Below are positions 12,568-25,160 of a stretch of DNA of 64,000 bases, piece after piece; position 1 is the first letter of the stretch, and each line of letters begins with the position of its first letter. The notes beneath the pieces were generated by a model that was given only the letters and a program-made list of their open reading frames with translations, was not told where the DNA came from and did not search any database. The translations under genes were made by a program, and so were the position numbers. The stretch comes from Marsupella aquatica (lineage: Eukaryota > Plantae > Marchantiophyta). The stretch lies in the NCBI GenBank assembly GCA_973895155.1, contig OZ316894.1, positions 20,652,451 through 20,716,450 of the forward strand. Direction: 5' to 3'.

Positions 12568-13150
12568 GGACAGAGATGATCCCTGTCCAAGTAGAGTCCA
12601 AATAGAAGATAGTCATCTTTATTAGGAATTGGACAGAGATGATCTCTATCCAAATGGATGGAGATCATCCCTGTCCAATTGCATAGATATCATTTATTTC
12701 CAAACTGACGATAGAGGATGTCCTATCAGACGATGTTGAGGACCTTTATTAGGAATTGGATAGAGATGATCCCTGTCCAAGTAGAGGATAGAGATGATAA
12801 TAACAATCGTCAGTATCCTCTCATCGAACAGAGATGATATTTATTACAAATTGGACAAAGATCATCCCTATCCAATTCGTAATAACGATCGTCAGTATCC
12901 TCTCATCGAACAGAGATGATCTTTATTACAAATTGGACAGAGATCATCCCTGTCCAATTTGTAATAATGATCGTCAGTATCCTCTCATCGAACATAGATG
13001 ATCTTTTTTACAAATTGGACAGAGATCATCCCTGTCCAATTCGTAATAACGATCGTCAATATCCTCTCATCGAACAAAGATGATCTTTATTACAAATTGG
13101 ACAGAGATCATCGCTGTCCAAATAGAGGATAGAGATGATCCCTGTCCAAT
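12568..13150. repeat. Intron 1 array of element-A palindromes, partly in ~80-bp tandem units
   Basis: Repeated ttggacagagatcatccctgtccaa / cgtcagtatcctctcatcgaacagagatgat blocks. Confidence 0.85.
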
Positions 13151-14846
13151 TTTTGTCAATTACAAAAGTAAGATTTCCAAACTAATATGCCTGGATGGGA
13201 CTATTGCAGGGAGCTATCTAAATGCATTGAAACCACAGATTTCAGACACAGATTGCTCCGAGGGAGTCTTGTTGGAGCAGAGCAGAGAAGATTTTCGTTG
13301 GGGCCTTGAGTTCTCCAGAGTTGATTTTGATTTCCTTAGCACATCAACGAGACGGGATCCCATTTTGTGCATAAAGGTCAGAACTGCAGATCAGGAGACT
13401 CTTGTACTCGGACCTGTAGTCTTCATTGGAATTGAAGGAAGAGGGTTTGTTTCCGTCATTCTTGAGCTCCATGAAAGGATACGATGGGTTAAACTACATC
13501 TACCATCAAAGGCGTATTCTTCAGAATTCAATGTTGAGTGGTCTGCAGCTGGAGAACTTGGCGTGTTGGCAATGGGATTTTTCCCTAAGTCGTATTCAAC
13601 TCAAAAGGTGACTGTTGGAGTGAAGGGGATTCTTCCACTTGACATCATGTATGGGTTTCAATATGTGAAGCTTAATATGCATAAACACCAAGGGAATTAT
13701 ACATTTCCGGTGACATGGATTTTAAATAATTTGCTTGACAAGGTAGGATTCCTATCATCGGAATCAGGTGTTTTCCTTGACAAGAAAATTGCATTTGCGG
13801 AGGAGTTTCCAATGGATAATGCAAAAAAGTGGGTAGAATCATTACCCAAGCCTACAAGTGTTGCACCAGTAGTGGTGAACAAGCCTACAAATGTTGCACC
13901 AGTAGTGGTGAACAAGCCTCCAGTAGTTGTTAACAAAGAAGTTCCGAAGCCTAGAAAAATATCTCAAGAGACAACAACCGGGACTGCAGGAACAACGGCC
14001 GGGACAGCCTCCAAACAAGTGGTAGGGAAGCAAAGACAAAGAGAGAAGAAGGAGCGCAAGAAAACTGAGACACTGCCGAAGGAACCCGAGAAGCCAGTAA
14101 AGAAGAAACATAAAACTGACAAGACTATTGCGCGGTCAACTCCGACGGACGTAAATATGCTCCCAGAGGATAAGGGAGACAAACTTGATGCCCCGGAGGA
14201 GAAGAAGTTCTTAGAAGGGAATGATGTTCTCCAAAGAATAGAGCAGTACTATACTTTTGGGATAAATGAAATATTTTCTATTCCAGTGGAGAAAATTTAT
14301 CCAGCTCCGGCAAGGTTATGTTACAGGATGCTCAACAGTGCCCATGTGAAGCACATAGCCGAATCCATGGTGAAAAAACCTGGACATGAACCTCACGTTG
14401 CGGACCTTCTTCCTTACAATCCGAAACTTAGAAAGCTGCTTCATTTTGACAGCATGGAGAATGACTGCAAAGACCTTCTTGCAGGAGTGAAGAAAGGCGA
14501 GATTGTTTTCCTTGCCGTCAGTGGGCAACATTCTGCTAGGGCGGCCAAATGGGTTCTTGAGTGGGCCGAAACTGATGCCAAGCTCACAGTTTTGGCAAAA
14601 AAGTTAAAATATAGGAAGGCTAGATTATTGTCAGACCTTATGCCATCGGCTATACTGGTTGAGCACTCAATGAGATCAAATGCCATCAATTCTTTGATGG
14701 TGTTTCAATCGTGCTTCAAAGATACAATTGTTCATGCAAGAAAACAATTCCTTGAAACTGGAAGACCAAGAAAGCCAAAGCATGGGGACAACAAATCAAA
14801 CGCCCAAGAGAGTCAAAAATTTCAGGTGAGAAACATTTTTCTTGTT

Positions 14847-15104
14847 TGGACAAAGATGGTCTCTGTCCAAGAGTGTGACCGTCCGTTACATTGATTTTAG
14901 TTCAATATGTTTTTGGTTATGACTTGGATGGAGATGGTCTCTGTCCAAGAGTGAGACCTTCCATTCTGTAGATTTTACTTCATTCTACTTTTGGTTATGG
15001 CTTGGACGGAGATGGTCTCTGTCCAAGAGTGAGACCTTCCATTCTGTAGATTTTACGTCATTCTACTTTTGGTTATGGCTTGGACGGAGATGGTCTCTGT
15101 CCAA
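14847..15104. repeat. Intron 2 tandem repeat (~78 bp) carrying GGACGG-AGATGGTCT-CTGTCC
   Basis: About 4 copies of ttggac(g/a)gagatggtctctgtccaag. Confidence 0.85.
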
Positions 15105-17802
15105 GCAAGCGATTGTGTGTTGTCAAATCTCATTGATTGTAGATAACTTACAACATTCTCCCTAATTTTTGACTGTAGGATTATCTGGCATTGGCAAGGA
15201 TGACCATGGGGAGAAAAGACTTGAAAAATGTATACTGGTTACTTTTTGCCGAGAATGATCTTTTCAAGTTATGGCGGTTAGTGTGCCAGATGTGGATTGA
15301 TGGAAAACTTCCTGATGGGGCTGGTACATAGGGAAACAAAAGGTCCGAAAAGGCGATAACCGTCGCCATGTTTCGTTGTTTTGATGGTGAAATCTCAAAT
15401 AGAGATTTGACCAGAATTTTGAACAAGGTGAAGTCGGGTCAGATTTTATTGAAGAAAGATCCGACTAATAAGTCAGATGTTCCAGCGATGGAGGAGTTTG
15501 CAAAGGAGGTGAAGATATTGATCAAATTGAAGTCTCTTATTGGAGATTACTACTTCAAGAAGGATCCAAAACACTTCCCAGCAGATACTGATTGGGCTAA
15601 AGTGATTGAAGTCCTCCCATTATTGGGTCCCGATTCGGAGTTGAACAGGTGCCGAAGAGCAGCTGGCGATGTATGGTTGACAAATTTGTTGAAGTCGAAT
15701 CATACAAAGGAGAGTGAGATATTGCCAATGACATTGGTGATGTGTCTAGATCATATTTATTGTCAAAAGTTTGGTGGTGGGACAAGTTCTCGAACCCAGC
15801 CGTGGGTCACATTTGTTAGTAACAACCTAATGAAGACTGTGGATCCGGAGTCGTTGGAAGAACAATCTCCAGCATGCCCTCTTGCAATTGTTGATTTCAG
15901 CCGACTTCAACAAAAAGAGTGGACTGAAGTAGAGATTTTGGTCCTCTTCCAATATATAGTAGAGCTACCACGGAATCCTATCATTGTTGTGATGATAACT
16001 GTCCATCCGGGTTATCTTGTACTGAATGTCCTAAGCGCTCTTCGTAAATTTGGACATTCAAAAACTCTGAGTATTCACATTGAGTACATGGGAGTTATTA
16101 CCGAGATGATCAACCTCATCCTCAGGACTCATGTTGGAAGGGAGGAATAGAAGAGGTTATCTTTGCCAGAATTTCTTGCGAGGAGAACGTCAGCTGGGAT
16201 GAAGTGTTCAAGCCCAACCAAATGAAGCCAAAATGGGTGTACGGTGAAAAGGATACTGATTTCGTGGTTGAGAAGGTCAAGGGAAAGGGAAAGGCCAAGG
16301 ACGCGGACGAGGAGTCATTGCATGAAGATCTAAAAAATATGATGACCCCAGAAGAGGCGGCAATCCTTCTGCACATGGCACCTCCATTTGAGACTGTCGG
16401 CGCTCGGGGTGGGTGGGTGAATCCTCACGCCAAACCCACACGGATGATCCAAAAGATCATCCAAACACTGTCCAAGCCGGGGGATTTGATTCTTGACTTT
16501 TTCTCTGGCAGTCAAGTGATGAAGGCATCCCTTTTTTCTCAACGTGAATGTTTTGTTTATTGTGACTCTCAACATGAGAGACATTTTGTGGAAGCATACG
16601 CTTCGTTCCTTTGTGAGAAGGTTCCCACCATCAAAGATCGTTATGATCGCAAATGTCGGTGGAAGTTCTAGACATTGGGAACCCTCTTCTGCCGCTGTTG
16701 CTATTGAGGATGAATTAGATGGTGATCAAGAAGATGGAGCTGACCAATCAGTCAAAGACGATGGGCCATCAGAGGCATACGTGAAGAATTTGGATGACCG
16801 AGTTGGCGAGGGTGAAAATATTGACCTTGTGGACGACGATATGATTGTTGGATCTGCACCTTGTAGTTCACCAATTACAGATGCTGCCCCCATGGGCCCC
16901 AACGAGGGCCAATATGATGATAACTTGGATAGAGATGGTCTCCATCCACAAGTGCCTGGACAAGAGATGGAAGTTGATACTTTTGAAAAACTTTCTTCAA
17001 ACAACCTTCTCAATCAAGGTGCGGAGAGGCATGGTGAGTCCAATGAACTCAACACATTGGGATTGAGACCACAGCCCATCCAAATAGCTGACATTCCCGT
17101 GAATGAAGCAAGTGCATCCACGACTGCTGACAACCAGGCAGGTGCTTCAATTTGTCCCAATACACTCTTTTCCGCTTCTGATGACAAATTGGTGTTTGTT
17201 CGATCACAATCAAGAAGTCCCGTTATCCTTCCACTCTCAAAAAAGAAAGGGAAGAGAGTAGGATCAACTGGATATAAGTCACTTGAATATGATTGTCAAT
17301 GTTACGTGTGGAAAAGTGGACCCGATGTAGGAACTGAAGTTGCGTTGGATGCTGCTCAATCAATTTTGAACAATGACTCGTACAAAAAGCACAAGAAAGA
17401 TCCAACTTATAGAAGTGGAGAATTGGGATTGATAACTCCGGTTTGGTCTGCACCTTATTGGGTAGAGGAGAGTACCTCCGATGTCAATTATGAGATCCAA
17501 CAAGAACTCGATGATGATATCTTGATTGATGAATATGGATCGCATTGTTAGCCAAGGTCTAGATTGAGCGATGTGACCTTATCAATTTGATATAATATAG
17601 TCTGTATAATTATACTTCAAGTTTAACAATTAGAGCATCAGTATCAATATCCATCTCCTCTTTACGGTTTCTCAATGAATCTGATGAGTATGCAGATATA
17701 TTTTCTTTGTGGTTGGCCACTTGTGTTGGATTGACAGAGATGATCTCTATCCAAACTTCAATGTGGTTTTATCTCTAAGATTGGTATTTGTTGCACTTGT
17801 AG

Positions 17803-18838
17803 AACCAAGACCTTGTTCCATCAAGCGCAAATTGCTGATTTTGGATCTTAACAAAATACTTTGGGATTCAGTTGAATTCCAAAGCAAGGGAAAATCCAGA
17901 AATGTTGTGATCCCAAGTGGAGTGCATTGGGATAGAAAAAATGGAATTAGTCGCATGTACACAGAAAGGCCAGGGCTCCATGAGTTTCTAAAGTTGGTTT
18001 TTGACCGATTTGACGTTGCAATTTGGACATGTGCTGGGGTACATCGAACAGTGAAAATGCTGAACATGATGTTCACTGCTGAGGAGCGGTTGAAACTTAA
18101 GTTTGTATTCACACAAGTGGAAGCCTTTGACACAGGCATTCAAAGGCGTGACATTACAAATGGAAAGGCAAATGTGCTACTGAAGGATTTTCGGGTGGTA
18201 TGGAGTGGATTTGGAAATCTATATGATGAAACCAACACCTCCTTGTGGATGACTCCCCCCTTAAGGCATTTGCCAACCCAAGCATGACCGGACTATTTCC
18301 AGTGCCCTACACGCATGCCAATGGTGGAGATAATTTTCTTCTAACAATTCTTTGGCCTTGTCTTGAGAAACTATCCCATGCAAGTGACATTAGATGTTAT
18401 CTTCTTCTTAACTCTCCACTGTGGTCTCTATTGCACATAAAGAGAGACAAGGTAAAAAATGAAATTACTTATGATCAACTTAGTAAGAGATGTGCAACAA
18501 AAATTTGGAAGTCACAGTTTACGCATAGTGTGTTAGACCTCAATAGCAATGAGATTCCTTGGAATGTGAAGCATCGTATATGTAGTTTACGTCCTGAGGC
18601 AGAACTTGACGATGCACTTGTCACGTCACTTGCTAAAGCATTTGTAGGAAGGGACTATTCAGGTCCGCATAGAGAAAATCCCATACACTTTTTGCGGGAG
18701 ATTATAGCCATTAGGAACAACACCACCAAGTTTCAGCTCCCTAAAGATAAAGGGACTTGCAACCGTGACACTAGGGTAGATAGTAAAGGAGACAGGGGCA
18801 CGTGCTCAAATACACATTGTAAGGAGCACTTTGTTTAG
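17803..18838 (+). pseudogene. Element A cargo gene 2: FCP1/NIF (HAD) phosphatase-like protein with C-terminal Cys/His motif
   Basis: KLLILDLNKIL, ERPGLHEFL, FDVAIWT, LLKDF, DDSPLKAFANP; tail TCNRD...CSNTHCKEH. Frameshift ~18240; 5' exon(s) not defined. Confidence 0.8.
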
Positions 18839-19101
18839 AGATATGACTCATGTTAAGCCCCTTAGATAGAAGAAATACATTGTAAATTTGGAGATAATTG
18901 TATATTATTTTATAATCTATTTGGAGTTATGTCATTTTGTTCACACATATTCAAGGGTTTATTTGTGCTGAAATGTTTTTATAAGTATGATCTCTATCCT
19001 ACTATTCTTTGTGAATTCATAAATAATGATCTCTATCCTATTATTCTTTGTGAATCAATAAATGATATAATATGTATTATTTATTAATATAATACTTATA
19101 T

Positions 19102-19195
19102 GATTTGGCCTATAAAGTGTACATTTAGAGACCAAAAAGTGTACATTTGGGTTTCTTAAAGTGTACATTTGGGGACATGAAAGTGTACATTTCAA
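19102..19195 (+). repeat. Right subterminal repeats of element A (same orientation as the left array)
   Basis: 4 copies of aaagtgtacattt. Confidence 0.85.
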
Positions 19196-19217
19196 GACTG
19201 ATTTGTGAACAAAAGAA

Positions 19218-19241
19218 AATACACTTTTAATGAATAGGCTG
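19218..19241 (-). repeat. Right TIR of element A
   Basis: AATACACTTTTAATGAATAGGCTG. Confidence 0.92.
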
Positions 19242-19243
19242 AT

Positions 19244-20116
19244 ACATATGGACAGTGGTGGGACTTTAAAATGCCAAAACCCTCTTGGAAAAGAGTTAAA
19301 TTGAGACCAGGTGCATGGTACATGGTGAGGGAATTGATTCAAAAAAATTGTGATGTTGCAATATGGACAAGCCAAAATCGAACGAACATGGAAGCAGTGC
19401 TACAAGGTTGCATTGAGATGAAACTTTTCTCAAATGCAAATGAGGTAATTGTGCTCCTACCTAAGTAATGAAATTATTAGCCTCAATGAAACATAGCTTT
19501 GATAAATGCTCCATATATGTGTGATATTAAGCTCCTTCTCAAAGGTTCCATCCACCAATGAAATGGATACTAACGATGATCCTTACTGGACTTCATTCAA
19601 TGTTTGCAGTTCACATTTTTGTTCTCACAGGAGAATTGTCTTGCGGTGCCATCTCGCGTTGAGCGCGGAGGATTTTTGTACTGCAAGCCAGTTTCTGAAA
19701 TTCTATGCAACACTAGGTGGGACTATGATGCTGGTGACATCTTATTTGTCAATGATTCTCCGCCCAAGATGTCTGTCAACCATCCGCACCAGTCCGTCTC
19801 TTTTTATCCGTGGGACGTCGACTTACAAATGGGGATGGATCAGGTTTTAAAAGAGGACTTGCTGCCTTTCTTGAAGGGATGGATAGAGTCGTCTGATACT
19901 GTCTATGATTATGTAGAACAGAACGTAAGCTCGCTGCACTGTGCTCGAGATACTTTAGAATGTTTGAATAGTTATTGGTGGGGAAAGAACCGAGTGCAAC
20001 CCTCGGAGAATCCATACCTTTTCCAGAATTTCCCTGCATCTGATAGAGCCAAGTTTGTGACAAGATTGAATGAGCTGAAGACCTGCGTTCGCGGGAAACA
20101 ATGTAGCCAGAAGTGA
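19244..20116 (+). pseudogene. 3' part of the interrupted FCP1/NIF-domain gene (two exons)
   Basis: TYGQWWDFKMPKPSWKRVKLRPG...DVAIWTS, an intron (~19445-19609), then LFSQENC...LFVNDSPPK...LLPFL. Confidence 0.75.
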
Positions 20117-20314
20117 AATTATTATATAAAAATTCCATCATGGATCCCTTTTACGATTCCACGCTCTGAGGTCGGACCACACAATGGCGATGATGTATTT
20201 TATCATGCCCGTGATTTAGCATGTACATGGTCCTTCTTAAATGCCACTCAATTTAATTGCTTCTGAGTGGGTTGTTCATTTTGTTATCTCCATCTCGAGA
20301 AACAGAGGGGTCAA

Positions 20315-20705
20315 TGTGAGTTACTAGCGGTTGGACCTGGGCGCACTACGTGTATCCTACCAAGTCCCCTGTTCCAGTGTTGAGGAAGAAGGGATTACCC
20401 AGACAAGACGGACGCAGACGCCTCAACCTAGAGAGAATCTAGAACTTTCCGATAGTATGCCAAGCATTGCAGGTTTGGATTAGGCAAAGTACTACTACAT
20501 GTTTCAACAAACCGGGGGAATTTGGAGTTCCATAGCTCCACTCCAGTCCTACCTAGGTAAACCGCGACATCGGAGGTCTGGGAACTTGAGTTTCCCCACT
20601 CCGTTGTAGGTTGGTGCTCGCACCCGGATCAACCTTGGTACTAACCCTAGTATATTTGGGATATATCGTAAAAACCACCTGGGAAGGCGTCAGATTTTCC
20701 CTGTG
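20315..20705 (+). mobile_element. Possible truncated LTR
   Basis: GAAACAGAGGGG purine tract followed by TGTGAG; ends abruptly at the start of the duplicated host unit. Confidence 0.25.
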
Positions 20706-23700
20706 TTAGGCACCTGAGTTTTGAGGGATTATTATGGTCCATAATGCTCTGGTAGCAGGACATTAATACAATTCATTTTTACTAATTTTAGTAAATGAAT
20801 ACTACAAATTTCACAATGACTTGATGCAAATCTAGCTTGAATGTGCACTCTTCTCCATAAATGGAGCTGAAAATTACAAAAGGCATTAAGTATGCTTTTA
20901 CATTAGGCAGCTAATGCATGTTTGATTTTATTTCATTGGGACGAGACTAAGAGTATCCAAAATTAACAGATGAGGTTCCTTTTTCACTTGGCTTTGTTGG
21001 GTCTGTATACAGAAACACATATCAAATAAAATCTTAGAAGTATTATTTTTATAACAATGATTGTGGTAATTCACATTAGAGTGGCATGGCCTGATAGTGT
21101 AGCTTTCAGATTCCTTGGTAGAGGAAGTGGTCCATTATGATTTCGTTGGAGGTTGTTTTGTTGGGTTCGGTTTGGCTTGGGCTCCCTTGCCCTCTCAACT
21201 GATCGATACGAATGGGTGCCAAAAACTAGGATTGGACTTGACAGCTGAAGGAACAAAATCACCTGCACTAGCTAGGGTGGCCCACTAGCTTGGGCTGGGG
21301 CTTGGGATTTGGGCTTGATCATAATATTGGCTCTATTTTCTGAACAGTTTAATTCCAAATGTGTCCAAGAAACTGCAATCCATGTGCTTAGGGATGGTTG
21401 GAAAGCAATCTGAAACTAAGCGACAGAGTGAGAGGTGTCCCCTTACTTGTCTCTCAATAGACAAATTTTGCCCACAAATCCAAATGAGATTGCTATGTCA
21501 TGCCTCCAGGCTCAGGTGGAATAGCCACCTCACTTGAGTACCTGAGTTTTTGCAAATCTCCACAAGTTGCTGGAGTGAAATCACAATTAGGCTGGTCTGT
21601 TGGTTAGGGCATTTTTTGGTTTTAGTGTCAATGTAAAGTGAGAAGTGGAGGGATCGTGAAGCAAGCAGAAGAGTTCCACCCTGGCTATGAGTTTCCACAT
21701 TTCTTTAATGCTTTCTTTACTTTTTGATTCGTTGTTGTCCAAATTTGAGGGTGTTTTCAAAATCACTCACAAATAATTCATAATGTCCTTTCTCAGCCAA
21801 AGTGATTCTTTCAATCTTTCTGAAATGTTTAAACTCAGTCCTTGTGTCATTGCTCCACAATTTTTAAGTACATCAGTTCCACTGTATAAAATCTTGTTTC
21901 CATGTTTGTAGATCTCCTTATTCCCGGAGCATTCAGTCCCATGAGCAGATTTGACAATTTTATGATTGTTGTTCTTGACTCAATTTTTTGCTTGGCCCCG
22001 CGTTCCGTAGCAGTAATATAAATTTTTAAAATTTTTTGTGGAAAGTGAGCTGTGATGGAAGTGGCTGTAGAGATGATACTGTATTTCACGGATATTGAGC
22101 AATATGCAAACAAGAGTCTGCAGGACCCAGGAAGTTGAATTCCTTTTTGAAAACACGTGAGGCAAGGCAGAAAGCACATGCAATAATGACAACGACAAGA
22201 GATAGAAAAAACCAGAGAAAAGACTACGATTTCCACTCGCATAATGTACAAATGGCCAATTTCACGTTTATCTGCAAATGGTGCTCTGTTTTCATCAAGG
22301 TTCCTTCTCCCGCTACCGTGTGTCTCTTACCACAGTTGTAATTTAGTTCCACAATCTCTCTTGTCCATTCCTTCTATTGTGGGGCGAGTTGACCTGGAGG
22401 GAACGCACAAGCTCCTCCTAGTATCTGGACAGAATCTTTGTGGTCCAAGTACTGCATATCCTCTTTTGTCAACCCTCTTTTGCTGTATCTTTAATGTCCA
22501 AGTTAGTATCTTCTCCTTCGTCGACCTCATCTTACTCTATCTCTGAGGTGCAAGTAGTTCCTCTTTAGTCAACCCTCCCTTACTCCATCTCATTACCACA
22601 ATACCTTGTTTGGTACTTCCAATGTGATGGTCTTTTTTATCATGTTCTGTTGGGGGCTCTTCTAAGAAGGTTGTTCTTTGACCAATTCAGGGTTCAATTC
22701 CCTGGCAGAGCTTTGAGGTGACTAAACAAAGTGCTTTGAGTATCATAGATTATTTTGAAAACATTAGACCTTGGCTGTTAGGTTCCTTTGGATAAAAGAA
22801 AACAATTTCTCTGTGTTGAAATATGTCTCTGCTGATGCTAATATGAAGGTTTTTATTCTCTTTTACTTAGCTGCTGCTTCCATTTTGTTGGAAAAACGTT
22901 TCCAGTGTTGATCACAATTTGGCAAAAATGCATGCTTTAGTCATCCTTAAGGACTGGTGAAGCAATCAAATAAATGTATAGATTCATGTCTCGTTGAAAG
23001 GGGTGTGGAAACTGTCACCGTGGTATTTGTTGTAGGAAAATACATTACTTTAGTACCACATCATTGATTTAATTTGTCCTTAGAAAAAAGTGAGAAGGAA
23101 AGACGTTAGTAACTAGGTTTCACCAGATAGCAATCTTGGATCTTTGTTAGGCAACGTGCCTTGTGGAATGGAATTTTATAATCGAAGGATAGGCCCATAA
23201 TTTCCAAATGAAACCGGACTACCCTAGTGCCATCCCGGTTTTGGAAATAATAAAATAGCTATAAAAAGCATTTGCCCAACAAACACAAATTTATGGGGTC
23301 ATTGTCAGAGCTCGATTTATTTTTATCATCGAACTCTTATGGGTATTCTAAGCATCGTGGCGTAAAACACTGAATTTCAGCAGTTGCATCATTTCAAAAA
23401 ATTAAAAAAAATTCAGGAGTAAACCTATCCTGTCCACTGACAGCTTCTTGCGTCGTGAGGAGCAGCTTCCTTGAGGCCAGACTCACATGGTGCCGTGAAT
23501 CTGAGTGTCACAATCTTTCGTGAATGTGATTCTTTCCTTTCGGATCGTGTCTCAACGTTCGGCGTTCATTTGTTCTTTGGCACTTATATGTGATTTGGAA
23601 GTGATGAGGAAGGTTGTTTAATGTTGGAGCAACTTGATGGAGGCTATTTTTGAACATCCAACGTCTTGTTTTTGAAAATCTAACGTCCTGTTTTGCTGAC

Positions 23701-25160
23701 TGTCGAGACGGCCGATCCAAAGAGGAGATGATATTCACTGGAATTTCCGATGCTATTGTGTAGATCACTTTATCTGCAAATTGTGCTACACTGAATTGGT
23801 AAATGGGCGAGATATCAGCAGGATGAGCGACTGATCAAACACAAGATCAGCTTGTATTCAGCTCCGAGATGAGGGAGTCTTGATGGTTGAATTTTGAAAG
23901 GTGATGTTCTTTGCGTCTGGAAGCGTTAGACGAGCTAAAGGATTCACGAAGGTCCAGCAATCTGTCATCACACAGCCATCAAGATTTATTGCAAAGGAAA
24001 GAGGATTCAGGATCGGGACGACGTAGCTTTGCGTGGTGGGAGCAATTAAATCACCGTACAGTCCTCTGGGGATTCAGGATGACAGTGGCCTCTGGTGGAG
24101 CTGTGAAGAGGTGAATCTCAGAAACCCAATAGGTAGCGTCACCTGTTATGCTTTGCACAGTGATGTAGCGATGAACTGAAGTGCTACTTCAACCTCTCGC
24201 TGTTACCAGCCCGGCACCTTGCCATGAGTTTGTGGGCATTTCGAACGGCATGCACCAGTAACTGTTGTCTTGCGAACTTTGATTCATTCTATGTTTCTTT
24301 AAATGGACCTTCCCAGGTTTAGAGGACGGATATTATAATGTTCTGAATTGAAGAAGCGACCTCTCTTAAACCCCAGAATGTTCAGAGTGTCTATTCAGCT
24401 GACTAGTTGTGCTTTTGCGCGCAATCAGTAGATGCCTTATCAGCTCTCGGATCCTTCTAGACAACTTCGTCCCATTTCTCCCGAAAATCGCATCCCGAAT
24501 TGTTCTACAGGTCCCAAAGAAGCTGCCACTGCTGTTGGAATCAATCTCGCGATTCATTTTTGGTGGCTTTTCTGTTGCTCTTCGATCCCTGGAAACGTCT
24601 GGCTAACGCAAGGGTATTTGTGTGCAGGACCGGTGTCGATCTATGGAAATATTTACATCAATCTCCAGCAACAGCGACTGGTCGTGGATTTCGACAACTG
24701 TCCAGCTTGGAAGTTGGAGACAACAAAAGGTACGATCGGTCATTCGATCTCTGCATGGATACAATTCTGGACTGTGCAAAAGCGCCTCTCTCCTCATATC
24801 AATTAAAGTTTATCATGAGAATGATATGGAGACTCTTTCCTTCATCCCTCCTATGGTACACCCGACGATAAGACACTAGGATTAGCGTGTTGGATTGTAA
24901 GCATGTCGAGAAGTGGTCCAATCATATAGTCTGCATTTATCCCGTGATCGATAGAATGTCATACGTCCGGTTCTGTAATACAGTTATTGCAGAGGTGCAA
25001 TTTCTGGCTGGTAACAAGGTCATGTGCTTTATATACACGGTGTGGCAAATCAGTCGCTCGATGAGTCAGGCTCAAATTTAATTAGACTGAGCTGAGGAGT
25101 TGAAGCGATTGAAACTCGTAAATCGGATCTGATGGAATTCCACCGATGGTGACACAATCA

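Larger units (their letters stand above)
12401..17551 (+). pseudogene. Element A cargo gene 1: ParB-like domain + degenerate beta-class N4/N6 DNA methyltransferase-like domain (predicted exons 12401-12530, 13210-14825, 15179-17551)
   Basis: GT-AG introns keep the frame and lie at the same protein positions as in element B. ParB-like: IPVEKIYP...HVKHIAESM...FLAVSGQHSARAA. MTase-like: LAIVDFSR ... NPHAKPTRMIQKIIQTLSKPGDLILDFFSGS. One stop (~15330) and frameshifts (~16090, ~16660). Confidence 0.75.
6264..19241. mobile_element. Element A: ~13 kb TIR DNA transposon with cargo genes and 2-bp AT TSD
   Basis: CAGCCTATTCATTAAAAGTGTATT (6264-6287) is the exact reverse complement of 19218-19241. AT flanks both ends (6262-63, 19242-43). 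Removing the element plus one AT restores the frame of the interrupted NIF gene. Confidence 0.92.

Noticed and set aside
13080-16671. Bacterial or phage contamination explaining the ParB/MTase motifs
   Set aside because: The gene has conserved GT-AG introns, sits within TIRs and is nested with plant transposons.
19244-20116. A second NIF gene as part of element A
   Set aside because: It lies outside the right TIR and continues the gene interrupted at 6263.
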